Notes under the pieces: model-generated
What the model saw: only the letters and a program-made list of their open reading frames with translations
The model's database searches: none
Told to the model about the DNA's origin: nothing
Shown: positions 59,814-64,000 of the stretch, piece after piece
Layout: every line of letters starts with the position of its first letter
Position numbering within the stretch: the stretch's first letter is position 1
From: Roseovarius sp.
GTDB lineage: Bacteria > Pseudomonadota > Alphaproteobacteria > Rhodobacterales > Rhodobacteraceae
Direction: 5' to 3'
DNA: 64,000 bases
Assembly (NCBI GenBank): GCA_036568405.1
Contig: DATCSR010000001.1
Span: 34,684 to 98,683 of the forward strand
Translations under genes and position numbers: made by a program

Positions 59814-61886
59814 TTAAATCTTGGTCAACCGAAGGCTGCCGTAGTCCTGAACCACGGCGCCGTAGCCGGGCGGTACAAGCGTTGTGGAGTTGTGCTGAAT
59901 GATGATCGCGGGGCCTTCGACGCGGGCGCCCGCGCCCAGCTTGCCACGATCCAGCCGCGGGGTGACATGGCTCTGACCGTCATCAAACACGGTCAGGCGT
60001 TCGTACATGAAGGCGTTTTTCACGTCATCGGGGGTGCCCTTGTCCAGCGGAGCCAGCTCCAGATGCCGGACTGTGGCGCGCGCGATGACGCGGACGTTGT
60101 AAAGCTCAACCAGCGCATCATCGAAGGAATAGCCGTAATCCTGCTTGTGCGCCGCATGGAAGGCTGTGATCACCTCGGCCTTGTTGTCCAGCGTCAGCCC
60201 GCCTTCGGGCATCGGCACGCGCAGCTCGAACCCCTGCCCGTGATAGCGCATTTCGGCGATGACCTCGAAAACCTGCAGATCCTCGGCGATCTCGTCGCCT
60301 TCCAGATCCACCCGGCCGGCGCCGGTCAGGTCGGCAACAACGGCATTCACCCTGTCCAGCGCCGCCTGATCGGCGGTGAAGAGGTTGGTGATCACGGACC
60401 GCGTGTGCTCATATTGCAGATCAGAGCCAAGCAGGCCCATTGCCGCCGTAATGCCCGGCGCGATCGGCACCAGAATGTCACGCGCAGAAACCAGTTCCGC
60501 CAAGGCAACGCCGTGGAACGGGCCCGCACCGCCAAAGGGCATCAGCGAGAATTCCCGAGGATCATAGCCACGCGCGACCGAGTTGGAGCGGATCGTCAGC
60601 GCCATGTTGTTGTTGACGATCTTGATGATACCCAGCGCGGCATCGGTCACGCTGATGCCCATCGGATCGGCGATATGCTCCTTGATCGCCTCGTGCGACA
60701 GCGCGGAATCCAGCGGCAGGTCGCCGCCCAGAAACTTGTCGGCGTCCATCCGGCCCAGCACCACCTGCGCATCGGTCACGGTCGGCTCAGTGCCGCCGCG
60801 ACCATAGCAGGCCGGCCCCGGCTCGGACCCCGCCGAGCGCGGCCCGACATTGAAGCCGCCCGCCTCGTCGAGATAGGCGATCGAGCCGCCCCCTGCCCCG
60901 ATGGTTTCCAGATCAATCATCGGCGCCATCACCGCATGGCCGGAAACCAGCGTGTCGCGCGGGTTCTTGATCCGCAGCTCGCCGCCCGCGATGGTCGAGA
61001 TATCGGCGGAGGTGCCGCCGATATCGACGGTCAGGATGTTGTCGATCCCGGCCAGCCGGGCCTCGGACAGCGCGCCCAGAACGCCGCCGGCGGGGCCGCT
61101 CATCAGGATGCCCACGGGCTTCTTGGCGCAGCCGTCGATAGTCGAGATACCGCCGTTGGACTGGATAACCCGCAGCTTTGCGGGAATGCCGCCATCGCGC
61201 ACCTTCTGTTCGAGGTTGCGCAGATACATGGCCGATTGCGGGCCGACAAAAGCATTCATCGCGACCGTCGAAAACCGCTCATATTCGCGGATCACGTTTG
61301 CCACCTGGGAGGACAGCGACAGATAGACGTCCGGCATCTCCTCCAACACAATTTCGCCCGCGCGTTTTTCATGCACGTCGTTGAGGAACGAGAACATGAA
61401 CCCCACGCAGACCGATTTGATGCCCCGCTTGCGGAACAGCGCGCAGGCCGCGCGGATTTCGTCCTCGTCCAGCGCGGTCTCGATCTGGCCGGTGGGGGGC
61501 AGGATGCGGCCGGTGATGGGGATACGGTTGCGGCGCTTGACCAGCGGATGGCTCTGCCATGGCACATCGAAATGCAGCGAAAAGTTATGCGGTCGTTTGT
61601 GGCGACCGATATGCAGGATGTCGCGGAAGCCCCGCGAGGTCAGCATGCCGACCTCGGCGCCGTTATGCTCAATGGTGATGTTGGTCGCCACGGTGGTGCC
61701 GTGGTTGATGACCTCGATATCCTCCTTGGCAATTCCGGCGATGTCGCAAATCTGGTGAATGCCATCGACCACCGCGATCGACTGGTCCGTGATCGTGCTG
61801 GGAACCTTGTGGAAGTAGGTCCCTTTCGAACATTCCAGCACGAGATCGGTGTTCGTTCCACCGACGTCTACGCCAATTCTTGCCAT
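59814..61886 (-). CDS. hyuA: Hydantoinase A / oxoprolinase-family subunit (HyuA)
   Basis: MARIGVDVGGTNTDLVL ASKHA-type ATPase N-terminus and the later DIGGTSADIS motif. Confidence 0.9.
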   Translation of the reverse strand: MARIGVDVGGTNTDLVLECSKGTYFHKVPSTITDQSIAVVDGIHQICDIAGIAKEDIEVINHGTTVATNITIEHNGAEVGMLTSRGFRDILHIGRHKRPHNFSLHFDVPWQSHPLVKRRNRIPITGRILPPTGQIETALDEDEIRAACALFRKRGIKSVCVGFMFSFLNDVHEKRAGEIVLEEMPDVYLSLSSQVANVIREYERFSTVAMNAFVGPQSAMYLRNLEQKVRDGGIPAKLRVIQSNGGISTIDGCAKKPVGILMSGPAGGVLGALSEARLAGIDNILTVDIGGTSADISTIAGGELRIKNPRDTLVSGHAVMAPMIDLETIGAGGGSIAYLDEAGGFNVGPRSAGSEPGPACYGRGGTEPTVTDAQVVLGRMDADKFLGGDLPLDSALSHEAIKEHIADPMGISVTDAALGIIKIVNNNMALTIRSNSVARGYDPREFSLMPFGGAGPFHGVALAELVSARDILVPIAPGITAAMGLLGSDLQYEHTRSVITNLFTADQAALDRVNAVVADLTGAGRVDLEGDEIAEDLQVFEVIAEMRYHGQGFELRVPMPEGGLTLDNKAEVITAFHAAHKQDYGYSFDDALVELYNVRVIARATVRHLELAPLDKGTPDDVKNAFMYERLTVFDDGQSHVTPRLDRGKLGAGARVEGPAIIIQHNSTTLVPPGYGAVVQDYGSLRLTKI

Positions 61887-61992
61887 CTTGATTTTCCCTG
61901 TATTTCCGTTTGATGACTGCGGGATCCGTTCGGTCGGCTTTGGCCCGCAGAGGAACGTAAAAGGGCACCCGCTTGGGGTGCCCTTGGTGTCG

Positions 61993-62715
61993 CTATTCTG
62001 CTGCGGCCTTGCCGCCTTTCACGTTGTTGAGGTAGTCGACACAGGTATCGACCGTCTCGACATCGCCGAACTTGGCGTCGATATCAAAGAGGTTCCAGGC
62101 CACCGCGCCCGGCACCCGGTCGCCGATCGCCTCTTTGACCGCGATGGTGCGGAAGCCGTCGGCGATGCCGTCGCAGATGGTCTGGCGCACGCAGGCGCAG
62201 GCGGTCACGCCGGTCACCAGTATCGTGTCCACGCCATTGGCGCGCAGGATCCCGGCCAGTTCGGTGCCGTGGAACGAGCTGGCGCGCTTTTTCAGCAAGG
62301 TGTATTCGCCCTTGACCGGCGCGATGCGGCTGTCGATCGCCCACAGATCCTTGTTGGCCAGATCGACCACGTCGACCGGGATCTTGTCGTGCCACAGACC
62401 CATGTCGGTGAAGGGCGCGTTGCGGTCGGTGATCTCATAGGCGGTCGTGACGTGGATCACGGGGTGGCCATTGGCGCGGCATGCCTCCAGCAGACGCTGC
62501 ATGCCGGGGATGATCTCGTTGTCCATCTTGTCCTGGTCGCAGGTGAACGGATTACCCGGACGCGTCCATGCATTGGCGAGATCGACACTGACCAGCGCCG
62601 GTTTCTTGCCAAAACCGACACGACGCTGAAAGCCGCGCTCCTTGTACAGTTCAGATGCTGCTTCGAACGCCTGGCTTAGCATCCGGTCGAGTTCGGCGTT
62701 GTCAACTTCAGTCAT
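61993..62715 (-). CDS. Isochorismatase-like cysteine hydrolase (N-carbamoylsarcosine amidase-like by context)
   Basis: Catalytic-Cys region ILVTGVTACACVRQT with upstream Asp/Lys positions. It is the first gene of the hyu operon. Confidence 0.75.
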   Translation of the reverse strand: MTEVDNAELDRMLSQAFEAASELYKERGFQRRVGFGKKPALVSVDLANAWTRPGNPFTCDQDKMDNEIIPGMQRLLEACRANGHPVIHVTTAYEITDRNAPFTDMGLWHDKIPVDVVDLANKDLWAIDSRIAPVKGEYTLLKKRASSFHGTELAGILRANGVDTILVTGVTACACVRQTICDGIADGFRTIAVKEAIGDRVPGAVAWNLFDIDAKFGDVETVDTCVDYLNNVKGGKAAAE

Positions 62716-62847
62716 GTTCTTATGGTCCTCTTGTCTGTTCGCGTCTTCCGGCGATGAGCCGCATGACGATGCTGGCGGTGTTGGTTTCTGTGACTCTTTT
62801 TCACAACGCTTAGCTTTTCACCCGCCAGAAGGACAAACAATCGCCGT

Positions 62848-62862
62848 ATTAACCATTATAAT
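62848..62862. promoter_or_regulatory. ATTA-N7-TAAT dyad (T-N11-A type LysR box candidate) in the divergent promoter region
   Basis: attaaccattataat read directly between the hyu operon and the LysR gene. Confidence 0.3.
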
Positions 62863-62932
62863 TGCATTTTCTGCATCAATAGGATTTAGTCGTTCCAGAA
62901 ACCTGACTTACGCTGGCGCAAGGCGACGCAGA

Positions 62933-63832
62933 ATGAGCATCTCCCCCCAGACCCGAGACATCGACGCCTTCAAGATGGTGGCCGTGGAGCTGAGTTTCCG
63001 CCGTGCGGCCGAAAGGCTGGCCATTGATCAAAGCGCGCTGAGTCGCCGGATCAGGCAGCTTGAGGACATGCTAGGGTACCAGCTGGTCCGGCGCACCACG
63101 CGCGAAGTGTCGCTGACCTCCGCGGGGGAGGTCTTCTATGAGCGCACGCGTCTCATCTCGTCACAAATCGAGGCAGCGGTGCAGGCCGGACGGATCGCCG
63201 CCGAAGGCAAGAAAGGCATCCTGCGCGTCGGCTACATGTCGTTTTCAGCGCTTGAACTGATGCCGAGAACCGTGCGCGAATACACGCGGCGTTATCCGGA
63301 CGTTGTGCTTGATCTGAGATATATCCGCACCCAGGGCCAGAAGATCGAACTGTCGCGCAACAACATCGACCTTGGCTTCATGCTGGGTCCGTTTCGTCAT
63401 CCGCAGATCGAAACGACACAGATGCGGGATGAGCCGTATGTTGCGATCCTGCCGGTCGATCACCGCCTCTCAACCCGCAGCGAAGTTACCTTGGGCGAGA
63501 TCGCCAGCCATCCCCTGGTTCTGGGCAATATGGAGCAATGGGAAACGTTCCGCCTGATGATAAACGATCTTTTCCTGCGCGGCGGCCACAGTGTCGACGT
63601 TCGATATGAGGCGTCCAACGCGCTGGGCATCCTTGGGCTAGTGGGCAACGGCCTTGGACTTTCAGTCTACGCCGAAAGCATCTCGCGATTTCAGCCGCGC
63701 AACATCATGACCAAACCTATTGCCGATTGCGACACACGGATTTCGACAGTCCTCGCGTGGAACCGGGCCTATAAGACGCCCGCGCTGATGAACTTCGTCA
63801 ACGTGGCCAAAGAGATTGCAGACGGAAAGTGA
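62933..63832 (+). CDS. LysR-family transcriptional regulator
   Basis: From ATG 62933: N-terminal HTH IDAFKMVAVELSFRRAAERLAIDQSALSRRIRQLEDMLGYQLVRR, followed by a LysR substrate-binding domain. Confidence 0.9.
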   Translation: MSISPQTRDIDAFKMVAVELSFRRAAERLAIDQSALSRRIRQLEDMLGYQLVRRTTREVSLTSAGEVFYERTRLISSQIEAAVQAGRIAAEGKKGILRVGYMSFSALELMPRTVREYTRRYPDVVLDLRYIRTQGQKIELSRNNIDLGFMLGPFRHPQIETTQMRDEPYVAILPVDHRLSTRSEVTLGEIASHPLVLGNMEQWETFRLMINDLFLRGGHSVDVRYEASNALGILGLVGNGLGLSVYAESISRFQPRNIMTKPIADCDTRISTVLAWNRAYKTPALMNFVNVAKEIADGK

Positions 63833-64000
63833 CAATGCTTGCGATCCTCAATTCATGGGGCGGCAATCGCAGGCGCTGCGGCAGCCTTCAGGGCAAGCAC
63901 CGTCAGTCACTTGGGCCGCATCATCGCGGCCTTATGGCTCTTGCGGTCATCCATGCCGCAGCGGCGCTTGCCGCTTGAACGAATGGGCAGCACATTTTCT

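Noticed and set aside
59784-61913. 709-aa ORF antisense to hyuA
   Set aside because: Shadow ORF. HyuA on the minus strand has clear ASKHA ATPase motifs.
62849-62856. Second exact TTAACCAT 8-mer considered as a CtrA site
   Set aside because: It is embedded in a symmetric ATTA-N7-TAAT dyad in a LysR divergent promoter. An A/T-rich 8-mer in an A/T-rich spacer is weak evidence by itself.
63907-64000. Possible 3' end of a minus-strand gene running out of the window (...ENVLPIRSSGKRRCGMDDRKSHKAAMMRPK*)
   Set aside because: Only 30 codons are visible. Third-position bias is suggestive, but there is no recognisable motif, so it is not reported as a feature.

Overview
High-GC, tightly packed chromosomal segment. 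The protein sequences look alphaproteobacterial and Rhodobacterales-like, which is an inference from sequence flavour, not a search result. I can support about 57 protein-coding genes. I found no rRNA, tRNA, CRISPR array, IS element or prophage.

Gene content, left to right:
- tldD (3' part), dprA and topA.
- An L,D-transpeptidase, the ketone-body CoA-transferase scoAB, and a lytic transglycosylase.
- A complete Tad/Flp pilus locus (about 8.3-19.2 kb): two tandem pilins, cpaB, cpaC, an OmpA-type lipoprotein, cpaE, cpaF, tadB, tadC, two TPR lipoproteins and cpaA. An AAA+ ATPase and a DEXH helicase follow it.
- Cytochrome c, class I lysK, a TerB-like protein, an AsnC-type RAM-only protein, and an FAD oxidoreductase.
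- An M17 peptidase translationally coupled to an NlpC/P60 hydrolase, a small orphan protein, and a beta-carbonic anhydrase.
- prmA, MFS and DMT transporters, priA, a transaldolase, and a SulP transporter without a STAS domain.
- A DUF484 gene coupled to xerC, pcs, a low-GC NYN-domain gene, ogt, trpA and ychF.
- glsA, an aminotransferase, bdhA, a cardiolipin-synthase-like PLD protein, gdhA, and an RND efflux pair.
- cspA, then a LysR-controlled operon (NCS1 permease, hyuB, hyuA, isochorismatase-like amidase) that looks like an N-methylhydantoin/creatinine-type pathway.

I see no obvious novel multi-gene system such as a defence island. The most unusual material is:
- The Tad locus. Both pilins carry Asp-Trp where Flp pilins have Glu-Tyr. 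An OmpA-type lipoprotein occupies the CpaD position. The CpaE Walker A box is degenerate. No tadE/F/G genes are present. An uncharacterised AAA+ gene trails the locus.
- A few CtrA-box-like motifs in promoter regions.
- A low-GC single-gene islet encoding an NYN-domain protein.
- A perfect 18-bp tandem duplication upstream of dprA.

The many very long ORFs antisense to real genes are high-GC shadow ORFs and were rejected.
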